A stretch of 64,000 nt of DNA from Gammaproteobacteria bacterium. GTDB taxonomy: Bacteria; Pseudomonadota; Gammaproteobacteria; JAJPIJ01. Under the pieces are notes generated by a model. The model saw only the letters and a list, made by a program, of their open reading frames with translations. It had not been told where the DNA came from and made no database searches. Shown here piece by piece: positions 30,150 to 39,511 of this stretch. The stretch is taken from the NCBI GenBank assembly GCA_022071965.1, contig JAJVIQ010000021.1, forward strand, positions 152,423 through 216,422, in the 5' to 3' direction. The translations under genes and the position numbers were made by a program. How positions within the stretch are numbered: position 1 is the stretch's first letter; every line of letters starts with the position of its first letter.

Positions 30150-31592
30150 ATGAAATCCTCAATTCGTTACGTCCTGCTCGTACTCGCCTTGGGCGTGGGC
30201 GGCACTGCCCTCGCGCAAGACGTCGCCGCGCCGGAGCCCGCCGCCGAGATCGCAGCCGCCCCGGCGGAGGCAGCCCCTGCTCCCGCCATGGACAAGGGCG
30301 ACACCGCGTGGATGATCAGCGCCACCGTACTCGTCATCATGATGACGGTTCCCGGCCTGGCCTTGTTCTATGGCGGCATGGTGCGCGCCAAGAACATGTT
30401 GTCAGTACTGATGCAGGTATTCGCAACCTTCTCGCTGCTGGTCGTGCTGTGGGTCGTGTACGGCTACAGCGTCGCGTTTACCGAAGGCAATGCCTTCTTC
30501 GGCGGGCTGAGCAAGATGTTCCTAAAAGGGATAGATATCAGCTCGGGAGCGGCGACGTGGAGCAAGGGTGTCTACATCCCCGAGTACATCTATGTCGCGT
30601 TCCAGGCGACTTTCGCGGGCATCACGCCCTGCCTCATCATCGGCGCGTTCGCCGAGCGCATGAAGTTCTCGGCCGTGCTGCTGTTCATGGTGCTCTGGTT
30701 CACCTTCTCGTATCTGCCGATGGCGCACATGGTCTGGTATTGGGCCGGTCCGGATGCCTATACGGACGCGGCGGCGGCGGAAGCGGCGACCGCGACGGCG
30801 GGCTGGCTGTTCCAGAAGGGTGCGATGGACTTCGCCGGCGGCACGGTCGTGCATATCAATGCCGGTATCGCCGGCCTCGTAGCCGCGATCATGCTGGGCC
30901 GCCGCGTCGGCTACGGCCGTGAGGCATTCACGCCTCACAGCATGACGATGACGATGATCGGCGCCTCGCTGCTCTGGTGCGGCTGGTTCGGATTCAATGT
31001 CGGCTCGAACCTCGAGTCCACCGGCCTTGCCGCGCTCGCGTTCATCAACACCCTTGTCTGCACGGCCATGGCGGCCATATCCTGGATGTTCGTGGAATGG
31101 ATCTTCCGCGGCAAGCCCAGCATGCTGGGCGTGGCCTCCGGCGCGATTGCCGGTCTGGTGGCGATTACGCCGGCGTGCGGCTTCGTTGGCCCGGTCGGCG
31201 CCATCATTCTGGGTCTGATCGTCTCGCCGATCTGTTACGTGTTCGTCGCCAAGGTGAAGTCGATGTTCCGCTATGACGACTCGCTCGACGTGTTCGGCGT
31301 GCACGCCGTCGGAGGCATCGTCGGCGCGTTGGGCACTGGCATCTTCGGAGCGCCATCGCTGGGCGGTCAGAGCTGGTACGACTACGTGGCAAACGCGGCC
31401 GGCGAGTTCAGCATCTCCGGCCAGTTCATGACGCAGCTCACGGCCGTGGTCGTGGCAATCGTCTGGTCGGCCGTCGTGGCGGCGGTCTCGCTGCTGATCG
31501 TCAAGATGGGGGTCGGCCTGCGTGTGTCCGAGGAGGTCGAGCGGGAAGGCCTCGACGTCGCCGAGCACGGCGAACCGGCCTATCACATGTGA
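30150..31592 (+). CDS. amtB: Ammonium transporter
   Basis: There is a signal peptide ('MKSSIRYVLLVLALGVGGTALA') followed by 11 TM segments. Amt motifs include 'DFAGGTVVHINAGIAGL' and 'GAIAGLVAITPACGFV'. SD GGAGA sits before the 30150 ATG; the longer ORF starts at 30123. Confidence 0.9.
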   Translation: MKSSIRYVLLVLALGVGGTALAQDVAAPEPAAEIAAAPAEAAPAPAMDKGDTAWMISATVLVIMMTVPGLALFYGGMVRAKNMLSVLMQVFATFSLLVVLWVVYGYSVAFTEGNAFFGGLSKMFLKGIDISSGAATWSKGVYIPEYIYVAFQATFAGITPCLIIGAFAERMKFSAVLLFMVLWFTFSYLPMAHMVWYWAGPDAYTDAAAAEAATATAGWLFQKGAMDFAGGTVVHINAGIAGLVAAIMLGRRVGYGREAFTPHSMTMTMIGASLLWCGWFGFNVGSNLESTGLAALAFINTLVCTAMAAISWMFVEWIFRGKPSMLGVASGAIAGLVAITPACGFVGPVGAIILGLIVSPICYVFVAKVKSMFRYDDSLDVFGVHAVGGIVGALGTGIFGAPSLGGQSWYDYVANAAGEFSISGQFMTQLTAVVVAIVWSAVVAAVSLLIVKMGVGLRVSEEVEREGLDVAEHGEPAYHM

Positions 31593-31621
31593 TCTCCTCC
31601 CGGGGTCCCCGGTCACCTTGC

Positions 31622-31647
31622 GGGCACCCTCGGGTGCCCGTCTTTTT
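31622..31647. terminator. Bidirectional rho-independent terminator between amtB and the convergent regulator gene
   Basis: The sequence is GGGCACCC-tc-GGGTGCCC followed by GTCTTTTTC. Confidence 0.6.
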
Positions 31648-31689
31648 CACGCGGCGTGAGCGTCGAGGAGCCCTGTCGCGACGGTCGAT

Positions 31690-32331
31690 TCAGTCCGGCA
31701 GTTCGCCGTACATGATGATCGCAAGCAGTACGATCGGGGTCTTGATGAGTTTCGCGGGGCCGTGCGGCACGATACCCTGAAAGCTGAGAGAATCCCCGGG
31801 ATTGAGCAGGTACAACTCGGAACCGTGGCGGTACTGGAGCTTGCCCCTCAGCACGTAGACGAACTCCGTGCCGGGGTGTTCGAAGGCGGGATAGACCTCG
31901 CTCGCATCGTCCATCGTCACGAGGAACGGTTCGAAGAGCTTTTGCGGACCCTGACCGTATGCAAGCAGATGGTAGGTGTGACCGCGCTTGGTGCCGCGGC
32001 GTATCACCTCCATGCCGGCGCCGCTCCTGACGAGCTGTGCGTTACCGACCGGCACGTTGTAGTAACGGAACAGGTGCGAGAGCGACACGCCCAGCGCGCC
32101 GGCGATCTTGTTCAGCGTCTCGAGGCTGCAGGAGACCTGGCCGTTCTCGATCTTCGACAGCATGCCGCTGCTGATGCCGGCCTGCTGCGCGACCTCGGCA
32201 ATGGTCAGATGGTCGTGCCGGCGCAACTCGTTGATCGCCCGGCCGAGAAACGCGTCGAGATGCCGTTCCGGCGCCTTGGTGATGCGTTTTCCCTTCGGCT
32301 TGCCAGCGCGCCCGTCAGTGCGCGTCTTCAT
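31690..32331 (-). CDS. XRE-family HTH plus cupin transcriptional regulator (PuuR-like)
   Basis: The HTH region reads 'LTIAEVAQQAGISSGMLSKIENGQVSCSLETLNKIAGALGVSL'. The cupin region reads 'GHTYHLLAYG...HPGTEFVYVLRGKLQ'. The upstream part of the 605-aa ORF belongs to another frame and is an artefact. Confidence 0.75.
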   Translation of the reverse strand: MKTRTDGRAGKPKGKRITKAPERHLDAFLGRAINELRRHDHLTIAEVAQQAGISSGMLSKIENGQVSCSLETLNKIAGALGVSLSHLFRYYNVPVGNAQLVRSGAGMEVIRRGTKRGHTYHLLAYGQGPQKLFEPFLVTMDDASEVYPAFEHPGTEFVYVLRGKLQYRHGSELYLLNPGDSLSFQGIVPHGPAKLIKTPIVLLAIIMYGELPD

Positions 32332-32357
32332 CAAGGCCTTCGCCGCGCTGCCAGTCG

Positions 32358-33704
32358 TCAGCCGCTGTGCCCGGGGATCCAGTGCGTGCCGGCGAGTGGA
32401 ATGCGGGCCATGGCGGCGGCCTCCACCGTCAATGCGACCAGATCCTCGCGCTCGAGGTGATGTACATCGGACTTGCCGCAGGCGCGCGCAATGGTGGTGA
32501 GCTCCATGTTCATCGTCTTCAGGTAGTTCTTCACGTGCTTGGCGCCGACCTCGGGCGTGAGACGCTGCTCGAGCATCTCGTCCTGGGTGGTGATCCCGAC
32601 GGGGCAGAGACCGGTGTGGCAATGATGGCAGTATCCCGGGGCGGTGCCCAGGCTGTCGTAGTCGGCAATCGCCGAATGATGCTCGCCCTGCTGCAGGTAC
32701 GTTTCGTTGTTGCAGCCGAGCGCGAACAGGATGCCCTGACCGACGGAGACCGCATCGGCCCCCATGGCCAGCGCCTTGGCGGCATCGGCGCCGGTGCGTA
32801 TGCCGCCGGAGACGATGAGCTGAACCTTGCCCTTCATGTTCATGTCTTCCAGCGCATCGACCGCCAGGCGGACCGCGGCCAGCGTGGGGATGCCGATGTG
32901 CTCGATGAACACGGTCTGCGTGGCGGCGGTGCCGCCCTGCATGCCGTCGACGACGACGACGTCCGCGCCCGCGTGCACGCAGAGCTTCACGTCGTGGAAG
33001 GTGCGCGTGGCGCCGACCTTGGCGTAAATGGGGACCTCCCAGTCGGTGATCTCGCGCAGCTCCTTGATCTTGATTGTCAGATCGTCCGGTCCGGTCCAGT
33101 CCGGATGACGGCAGGCGGATCGCTGATCCACGCCTTCGGGAAGCGTGCGCATGCCGGCGACGCGCTTGTTGACCTTCTGGCCCAGCAGCATGCCGCCGCC
33201 GCCGGGCTTGGCGCCCTGGCCGACGACGACCTCGATCGCATTGGCCTTGCGCAGGTCGTCGGGATTGAAGCCGTAGCGTGAGGGCAGGCACTGGTACACG
33301 AGCGTCTTCGACGACCGCCGCTCCTCGGGCGTCATGCCGCCGTCGCCCGTCGTGGTGGACGTCCCGCATTCGGTCGCGGCGCGGCCGAGCGCCTCTTTCA
33401 CGTTGGCCGACAGCGAACCGAAGCTCATGCCGGCGATGGTGATCGGGATGTCGAGCTCGATCGGCTTCTTCGCGTAGCGGGTGCCGAGCAAGGTCTTGGT
33501 CGTGCACTTCTCGCGGTAACCCTCCAGCGGATAGCGCGTGATCGATCCGGCGAGAAACACCAGGTCGTCGAAGTGCGGCACCTTGCGCTTGGAGCCCAGT
33601 CCGCGGATCTCGTAAAGACCGGTCGCAGCAGCGCGCTGAATGTAATCGATTACCGTCCGATCGAAGGTGTGGCTCTCTTCCTTCTGTATGCGTCGATGGG
33701 TCAC
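32358..33704 (-). CDS. mgsC: Glutamate-synthase FMN-binding-domain protein (N-methylglutamate synthase subunit C-like)
   Basis: The sequence includes 'ITIAGMSFGSLS', '...VGQGAKPGGGG...', 'IVSGGIRTGADAAKALAMGAD' and 'CHHCHTGLCPVGITTQ'. A GTG start (MTHRRIQK) follows an AGAGGA SD; no in-frame ATG is nearby. Confidence 0.7.
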   Translation of the reverse strand: MTHRRIQKEESHTFDRTVIDYIQRAAATGLYEIRGLGSKRKVPHFDDLVFLAGSITRYPLEGYREKCTTKTLLGTRYAKKPIELDIPITIAGMSFGSLSANVKEALGRAATECGTSTTTGDGGMTPEERRSSKTLVYQCLPSRYGFNPDDLRKANAIEVVVGQGAKPGGGGMLLGQKVNKRVAGMRTLPEGVDQRSACRHPDWTGPDDLTIKIKELREITDWEVPIYAKVGATRTFHDVKLCVHAGADVVVVDGMQGGTAATQTVFIEHIGIPTLAAVRLAVDALEDMNMKGKVQLIVSGGIRTGADAAKALAMGADAVSVGQGILFALGCNNETYLQQGEHHSAIADYDSLGTAPGYCHHCHTGLCPVGITTQDEMLEQRLTPEVGAKHVKNYLKTMNMELTTIARACGKSDVHHLEREDLVALTVEAAAMARIPLAGTHWIPGHSG

Positions 33705-33724
33705 GTTGTGTGTCCTCTGCGGGA

Positions 33725-34408
33725 TCAGTATTCCTGGTTCGCGTCGGCGTTCCAGTTGTAGAGCGACTTGGCCGAGGCGATGCGTTTGAACTCCTTCGGC
33801 TTGTACTTCAGGCCCGCCCGTTCCAGGAGCTCGCCGAGCTTCTTCTCGTCCGCCTTGGTCATCGGTTCCTCGCGCGCGTCGGCGCCGAAGGACTTGACCT
33901 TGCCGCGCACATAGATGACGGCCTCGTAGAGAGAGTCTCCCAGATGGTCGCCGGCATCGCCGCAGACGACCAGCGTGCCGGCCTGCGCCATGAAGGCGGA
34001 GAAGTTGCCGACGTCGCCGCCGACGACGATGTCTATGCCCTTCATGGAGATGCCGCATCGCAGCGACGCGTCGCCGTCGATGACGAGCGTGCCCCCATGC
34101 CCCGAGGCGCCGGCCGATACCGATGCGAATCCCTTCACGTGGACGAGGCCGGACATCATGTTCTCCGCCACCCCGGGGCCGGCATTGCCGTGCACGATGA
34201 TCTCCGCCTGCTTGTTCATGCCGGCGCAGTAGTAACCGGTGTGGCCACGAACCTCGATCTTCACCGGCGCGTCGACCCCCGCCGCGATGCTGTGCGCTCC
34301 GTCGGGGTTGACGACCTCGACGTGCTTGATCTTCTTGTTCCTGATCTCGTGATGCAGGAACTGGTTCAGCTCCCGCAACGAGGTCTTCGCGAGGTCTATG
34401 CGTTCCAT
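33725..34408 (-). CDS. mgsB: GXGXG-motif glutamate-synthase domain-3 protein (N-methylglutamate synthase subunit B-like)
   Basis: The repeats read 'IEVRGHTGYYCAGMNKQAEIIVHGNAGPGVAENMMSGLVHVKG...LVIDGDASLRCGISMKGIDIVVGGDVGNFSAFMAQAGTLVVCGDAG'. Confidence 0.75.
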   Translation of the reverse strand: MERIDLAKTSLRELNQFLHHEIRNKKIKHVEVVNPDGAHSIAAGVDAPVKIEVRGHTGYYCAGMNKQAEIIVHGNAGPGVAENMMSGLVHVKGFASVSAGASGHGGTLVIDGDASLRCGISMKGIDIVVGGDVGNFSAFMAQAGTLVVCGDAGDHLGDSLYEAVIYVRGKVKSFGADAREEPMTKADEKKLGELLERAGLKYKPKEFKRIASAKSLYNWNADANQEY

Positions 34409-35292
34409 ACGTAAATCTGCTCCGGCTGGGGCTCGAAGATTCGGGCCTTGTTGACGTTGGGCAGGTGCGCCAGGGCGTGGAACTCCGAGGCGATGGCGAC
34501 GTAGTCATCGGTTTCGGCGACGACAGCCGGCTTGCAGGCAAAGGCGTCGCGTACGAGCGCGAGCTTGTCCTTGGTGCCCATCAGCAGGGTGTAGAAGCCG
34601 TCGAGTTCCGAGAAACCGTGCTGCAGCGCCTTTTCCAGACTGTCGCCCTCGCGCATGCGCCACTCGAGGAAGCGGCATACCGCCTCGGTGTCGTTGTCGG
34701 TGTCGAAGTGGATTCCCCGCGGCTCCAGCATACGGCGGATGCTGTATGGATTGGAAACCGTGCCGTTGTGCACGAGGCAGAAGTCCCGCCCTGCGGTGAA
34801 GGGATGGGCGCGATCCGGCGTCACCGCCGATTCGGTCGCCATGCGAGTGTGCGCCACCACGTGCGAGCCTTCGAGTTCCTGGAACGCATACTTGTCGGCG
34901 ATTTCCGCGGGCGTGCCGATGTCCTTGTAGACCTCCATGATCTTGCCGACGGAGAGCACGCGCACGCCGGGAAAGTGCTCGTGCAGCCAGGTGCGCACCT
35001 CTTCGGGCTCCAGATGGGTCGACAGCAAAGCGTGATTGTCCTGTACGTCGAGCTTGATCTTGGAGCCCAAATGCTTCTTGAAGCTGGTTTCGAGCCTCTT
35101 CCAGTCGAAATCGGCGTCGTCCGCATACAGGCTGTACTTCAGGCTTTCGCCCTTGGCGCGATCGGTGAAGGCCGCGAGCCCGGCGGAATCCGGGCCGCGC
35201 TCCGTCATGCCGATGAGGATGGGCACCATCCAATCACCCAACTGACTGCGCAGGTCGGGCCTCTTGACCAGTAATCCGATTATTCCGCACAT
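34396..35292 (-). CDS. mgsA: Class-II glutamine amidotransferase domain protein (N-methylglutamate synthase subunit A-like)
   Basis: The start 'MCGIIGLL' provides an Ntn Cys1. There is a 13-nt overlap with mgsB and a TAATG overlap with gmaS. Confidence 0.75.
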   Translation of the reverse strand: MCGIIGLLVKRPDLRSQLGDWMVPILIGMTERGPDSAGLAAFTDRAKGESLKYSLYADDADFDWKRLETSFKKHLGSKIKLDVQDNHALLSTHLEPEEVRTWLHEHFPGVRVLSVGKIMEVYKDIGTPAEIADKYAFQELEGSHVVAHTRMATESAVTPDRAHPFTAGRDFCLVHNGTVSNPYSIRRMLEPRGIHFDTDNDTEAVCRFLEWRMREGDSLEKALQHGFSELDGFYTLLMGTKDKLALVRDAFACKPAVVAETDDYVAIASEFHALAHLPNVNKARIFEPQPEQIYVWNA

Positions 35293-36626
35293 TAGTAGAA
35301 CTCCAGGTAGCGATCGATTTCCCACTGTGAGACGTGGCGCTGGTACTCCACCCACTCCATGCGCTTGAGCCGGAGGAACTCCTGCGCGACGTCGTTGCCC
35401 AGCCCATTGCAGAGCACGCTGTCGCCCTCGAGCGCGTCGAGCGCCTCGTTGAGGTTCTGCGGCAGCACCTTGATCTTGCGCTTCTTCAGCTCCTGCGCCG
35501 TGAACTCATAGACGTTCTCGTTGACGGGCTCGCCCGGATCGAGCTTGCGCTCTATGCCGTCCAGGCCGGCGGCGATCATCACTGCCGTAGCAAGATAGGG
35601 GTTCGCCGAACCGTCGGCAAGTCGCAGCTCGATGCGGCCGTAGGGGATGCGCGCCATGCAGGTCCGGTTGTTGTCGCCGTAGGAAATGTAGGCAGGGGCC
35701 CACGTCGAGCCGGAAAGCGCCCGTCCGACCACCAGGCGCTTGTACGAGTTGATGGAGGGCGCCAGCACCGCGGTGAGTGCGCGCGCGTGTTCGAGCAGGC
35801 CGCCGAGGAAATGGTATGCCGTCTGCGACAGGCCGAGACCGCGCTTGTCCTTGGGATCGTGGAAGATGTTCTTGGTCTTCCCGTCGCCGATGGACATGTG
35901 GAAGTGCGTGCCGGTGCCGGTGCGATTGGCGAACGGCTTGGGCATGAAGGTGCAGATCATACCGAGCTGGTGGGCGATCTCGCTGGCCGCCATCTTGAAG
36001 TAGATGTACTGATCCGCGCTCGTGAGGCATTCGCTGTAGGTGTAGTTGATCTCGAACTGGGCGTTGGCATCTTCATGGTCGATCTGAAATGGATCCATTC
36101 CCACCGCCGTCAGCGCGTCGCAAACCCGCTCGAGGAAGACCGCACTGCGCGACAGGCCCTTGTAGTCGTAGCAGGGCTTCTCCAGCGTGTCGGTGCCGTC
36201 GAAGGGGGCGACGCTGCCGTCCTCATTACGGCGCAGCAGCAGGAACTCCGGCTCAATGCCCGTGTACATCGTCCAGCCGCGTGACTTCAGCCGCTCCCTC
36301 TGCTTCATGAGGATGTACCGGGAGTCGAAGGGGTACGGCTTGCCCCGCACGTGGCCGACGCAAACCAGGCGCGCGTACCCCGGCATCCACGGGATGAGCG
36401 AGAGCGTGGAGAGATCGCCCTTGCCCAGGTAGTCCGGGCCATGCGGGCCCATGCCCATGCCCCAGATCGCGAAGCCGGCGAATCCCGCGCCGTCGGTCAG
36501 GATGTCGTCGAGATGCGAGGACGGCACGGCCTTGGTCTTGGCGGATCCGTGGATGTCGACGAACTGCGCAAGGATGAACTTGACCTTGTTGTCCTTGAGA
36601 AACTTCTTCGCCTCGCTAGGTGTCAT
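35292..36626 (-). CDS. gmaS: Glutamine-synthetase-family enzyme, gamma-glutamylmethylamide (gamma-glutamyl-alkylamide) synthetase-like
   Basis: The protein is 444 aa. Its N-terminus is '[35 protein letters not shown]'. The GS catalytic-domain motifs 'GIEPEFLL', 'HFHMSIGD' and '[25 protein letters not shown]' are present. No AT-adenylylation loop is present. SD is GAGGGAGAGGG. It is first in an operon with mgsABC. Confidence 0.75.
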   Translation of the reverse strand: MTPSEAKKFLKDNKVKFILAQFVDIHGSAKTKAVPSSHLDDILTDGAGFAGFAIWGMGMGPHGPDYLGKGDLSTLSLIPWMPGYARLVCVGHVRGKPYPFDSRYILMKQRERLKSRGWTMYTGIEPEFLLLRRNEDGSVAPFDGTDTLEKPCYDYKGLSRSAVFLERVCDALTAVGMDPFQIDHEDANAQFEINYTYSECLTSADQYIYFKMAASEIAHQLGMICTFMPKPFANRTGTGTHFHMSIGDGKTKNIFHDPKDKRGLGLSQTAYHFLGGLLEHARALTAVLAPSINSYKRLVVGRALSGSTWAPAYISYGDNNRTCMARIPYGRIELRLADGSANPYLATAVMIAAGLDGIERKLDPGEPVNENVYEFTAQELKKRKIKVLPQNLNEALDALEGDSVLCNGLGNDVAQEFLRLKRMEWVEYQRHVSQWEIDRYLEFY

Positions 36627-37088
36627 CAGCCCTCTCCCTCGTTTGGAATTCTGGTGTTGGATTCGCGTCGCGCACGGCATCCGCACTGGCGGACGGCCTC
36701 CCAACCGCTGCTCGCGTCGCGCATTAGGAATGCGTGCCCGTGCCGTCGCGGTACTGCGCCCGCAGCCGTTCCGGAATCGCCGGAAGGCGCTTGCCGAAGG
36801 CATTCTGCGCCAGGTACCGACGTTTATCAATAGGAACAAATAGTGATTGGCGAGAAACCCTCATGCGGCGTTGTCCTAGGGTTTTGCCGCGCTGCACAAG
36901 TTTCCTGGGGGGAAAAAAAGTTAATTGCGGCTTGACAATCGCGGCTGCACTATATGATGCTTTGGACGCCGCGCAGGGACGAGCGCGGTCTGCATCGACA
37001 TCTGTGGAACCAGCGCGGGCGGAGGTCTCTCCGCCGAACACACAAGATCAATCGGGCACGCAAGCATGCCCGTTATGGAGGAGGCGTC

Positions 37089-37376
37089 ATGCCGGAATCA
37101 ATGCAGCAACGCATCAACAAGATGTACGCGGGCGATCGCTTGGTGGCGATCGGTTTCATCATCGGGCTCTGGCTCGCAGTCGGACTGGTGTACTTCTCCG
37201 TGCGACATCTCGTGGAGGACAGCGGCATTGCCCTCGCCCTGGTGATCGCCGCCTTTCTGATCGTCGGATACAACACCGCATCTCTGATCGCAATGATCAC
37301 GCACTACGGGCACGACAAGGACTGGATATACGGGATCGACATACGGCATCTCGACGAGCAGCGCGGTAACAAGTGA
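37089..37376 (+). CDS. Small 2-TM membrane protein (95 aa), hypothetical
   Basis: A strong SD, GGAGGAGG, lies 5 nt before the ATG. The sequence is 'MPESMQQRINKMYAGDRLVAIGFIIGLWLAVGLVYF...ALALVIAAFLIVGYN'. The longer ORF-track N-terminus is Arg-rich junk. Confidence 0.5.
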   Translation: MPESMQQRINKMYAGDRLVAIGFIIGLWLAVGLVYFSVRHLVEDSGIALALVIAAFLIVGYNTASLIAMITHYGHDKDWIYGIDIRHLDEQRGNK

Positions 37377-37460
37377 AGCCGCGCTCCCGCGGCGGCTGGG
37401 CGGGACGCGCTGCAAGGCTGAAGACGGCAAGAATGACGTGATTGGCGGAGGTAACCATCC

Positions 37461-37877
37461 ATGGCAAGACAACCATATCAACCACCCAGGCAGGGCGTGC
37501 CGGGAATGATCATCGATTCGCTGCTGATGCTCGTCCTCGTATTTTTCGCGCTGATGGCGCCGGCCTGGATCGCGGAGTGGCGCGCGGCTCACGAGCCCGC
37601 CGCCGAGGCGGCGGCAACCGATGGGGCCGCGCCCGCAGTCACATGGGAAGAGCTGGGACAGAATCCGACCATGCAGTCGGCATGGGAGAAACTCGGCAAG
37701 GACCCCGCTGCCGCCAAGGAGATCATCGATCACAGGTTCGATTACACGATCGACATCGTGAAGCTGCTGTTCGTTGCCGCGCTGATCGTGTTCTATTTCT
37801 GGTTCATGCTTTCGAGCTCCGCCAGGGAGTACCGCGAGGTGATCGCCGAGCGGTTTGGCGACAAGGACCAGGGCTGA
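37461..37877 (+). CDS. Small 2-TM membrane protein (138 aa), hypothetical
   Basis: SD GGAGG lies upstream. The TM segments are 'MIIDSLLMLVLVFFALMAPAWIA' and 'IVKLLFVAALIVFYFWFML'. Confidence 0.5.
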   Translation: MARQPYQPPRQGVPGMIIDSLLMLVLVFFALMAPAWIAEWRAAHEPAAEAAATDGAAPAVTWEELGQNPTMQSAWEKLGKDPAAAKEIIDHRFDYTIDIVKLLFVAALIVFYFWFMLSSSAREYREVIAERFGDKDQG

Positions 37878-37918
37878 GGCGCCCGGACACTCGACAAAAA
37901 CCATCTGGGAGAACTGCA

Positions 37919-38098
37919 ATGGACATCTGGAATATCGCGGAATACGCATGCTGGGGGATCGCCGGGGTGCTCGTTCTGTGGATGATTGCCGACATGGTGC
38001 GGGTCGGCGCGGAATACGACGAGGCGCTGCTGCTCAGCTCGCGCGAGGGCGCCGACGAACTGCTTGAACGGGGCAACGCGACGGGAGAGGCGAAATGA
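37919..38098 (+). CDS. Small 1-TM membrane protein (59 aa) translationally coupled (ATGA) to the downstream permease
   Basis: The sequence is 'MDIWNIAEYACWGIAGVLVLWMIADMVRV...'. SD GGGAGA lies upstream. Its stop overlaps the permease ATG. Confidence 0.4.
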   Translation: MDIWNIAEYACWGIAGVLVLWMIADMVRVGAEYDEALLLSSREGADELLERGNATGEAK

Positions 38099-39486
38099 CT
38101 ACCACTACTGCTGGCGCCGGCGGCGAGCGCATCAACCTGCTCAAGGTGCTCGGCCCCGCGCATATCTGGGGGCTGGGCGTGGGTATCGTGCTCGTCGGCG
38201 AATACATGGGCTGGAACTTCTCGGTCGGCAAGGGCGGCGCGCTCGCCTCGCTCATCGCCTGCTGGGTCATCGGCCTGCTCTACACCTGCGTGGCGATGAT
38301 CGACTCGGAGGTGACCTCGACCGTCGCGGCCGCCGGCGGCCAGTACGCCCAGGCCAAACACATCATCGGGCCATTGATGGCCTTCAACGTGGCACTCTAT
38401 CTGGTGATGGCCTACACGATGCTGGAGGCCGGCAACGCATTCGTGGCCGGCGACCTGATGAAGACCGTCGCGGGTCAGCTCGGCCACGAGAACCTCGATT
38501 CGCGGCCATTTACCCTGCTGGTCATTGCATTCCTGGCCTGGTTGAACTACCGGGGCGTGTTCATGACGCTCACGTTCAATTTCATCATCACGGCGATCGC
38601 GTTCGTGGCGGTCATCACGCTGTTCATCATCACCGGCCCGTGGCTGCCGGGCGTGGCCGTGACGCACAAGGAGTTCCTGACCGGTCTGCCCTACGGCTGG
38701 ATCGGCGTTGTTGCCGCGCTGCAGTTCGGCATGTGGTACTACCTCGGCATCGAAGGCACCTGCCAGGCGGCCGAGGAGTGTCGTTCCGCCGGTCGCTCCA
38801 TCCCGCTCGGGACGATCACCGGCATGGTGACCCTCATCATCGCCGCGTCGCTGACCTGGTACGTCGCGGCCGGTCTGATGCCGTGGGAGTACCTCGGCCA
38901 GGCGTATACGCCGCTTTACGACGCGGCGACGATCTTCGGCAACAAGCCGTTGCAGGCGTTTCTGTTCGTCGGGACGCTGTTCTCGACGCTGGCCTCGGCC
39001 AACGGCTGCATCAACGACGCCTCGCGGGCCTGGTTCTCGATGGGGCGCGATCGCTACATGCCGCAGTGGTTCGGCGCCGTGCATCCGCGCTACCGCACGC
39101 CGTTCCGGGCTATCGTCTTCCTGATCCCGATCGCCGTGGTGGCCGCCTACAAGCTGCCGCTCGATGGCGTGATCACGTTCTCCATCCTGTCGGGTCTGCT
39201 CGGCTACACGTTCATGTCGTTCAACGTGTGGCGGTTCCGCAAGCTGTGGCCGCTCGGCACCATCAAGCGCGGATACATACATCCATTCCATCCGCTGCCG
39301 GCGATCGTGCTGTTCATACTCTGCATCGCCGTGTATTTCGCGACCTTCCTGGGCTACGCGGACTACCTGATATCGATCCTGGTGTTCTTCATCTTCGCCT
39401 CGTTCTGGTTCGCCTGGCATCGGTACAAGTACGTGCGTCGCGGAGATCAGTTCACGATGCCCTGGCCACGGCCCAAGGGTCTTTGA
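38095..39486 (+). CDS. APC-superfamily permease of the ethanolamine-transporter (EAT) type
   Basis: The protein has 12 predicted TM segments. The N-terminal signature 'LLKVLGPAHIWGLGVGIVLVGEYMGWNFSVGKGG' is EAT-like. Confidence 0.8.
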   Translation: MTTTTAGAGGERINLLKVLGPAHIWGLGVGIVLVGEYMGWNFSVGKGGALASLIACWVIGLLYTCVAMIDSEVTSTVAAAGGQYAQAKHIIGPLMAFNVALYLVMAYTMLEAGNAFVAGDLMKTVAGQLGHENLDSRPFTLLVIAFLAWLNYRGVFMTLTFNFIITAIAFVAVITLFIITGPWLPGVAVTHKEFLTGLPYGWIGVVAALQFGMWYYLGIEGTCQAAEECRSAGRSIPLGTITGMVTLIIAASLTWYVAAGLMPWEYLGQAYTPLYDAATIFGNKPLQAFLFVGTLFSTLASANGCINDASRAWFSMGRDRYMPQWFGAVHPRYRTPFRAIVFLIPIAVVAAYKLPLDGVITFSILSGLLGYTFMSFNVWRFRKLWPLGTIKRGYIHPFHPLPAIVLFILCIAVYFATFLGYADYLISILVFFIFASFWFAWHRYKYVRRGDQFTMPWPRPKGL

Positions 39487-39511
39487 CGAGACGAGTTCGG
39501 GGGAACAGATT

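Noticed and set aside
31690-33507. 605-aa minus ORF fusing the cupin regulator with sequence antisense/out-of-frame to mgsC.
   Set aside because: Only the C-terminal 213 aa (HTH plus cupin) look protein-like. The upstream part is Arg/His-rich junk overlapping the FMN-domain gene in another frame.
36627-36760. Searched for a sigma54 -24/-12 element upstream of gmaS on the minus strand.
   Set aside because: No GG-N10-GC arrangement with TGGCAC/TTGCA context was found by eye. Regulation is more likely through the adjacent PuuR-like repressor and a sigma70 promoter.
36724-37041. 105-aa minus ORF in the gmaS upstream intergenic region. Also the candidate TTGACA...TATGAT sigma70-like promoter at about 36930-36960 on the plus strand.
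   Set aside because: The ORF has no SD, is Arg-rich, and overlaps the probable promoter region. The promoter spacing of 15-16 nt is suboptimal. It is mentioned only as a possibility for the 37089 gene.
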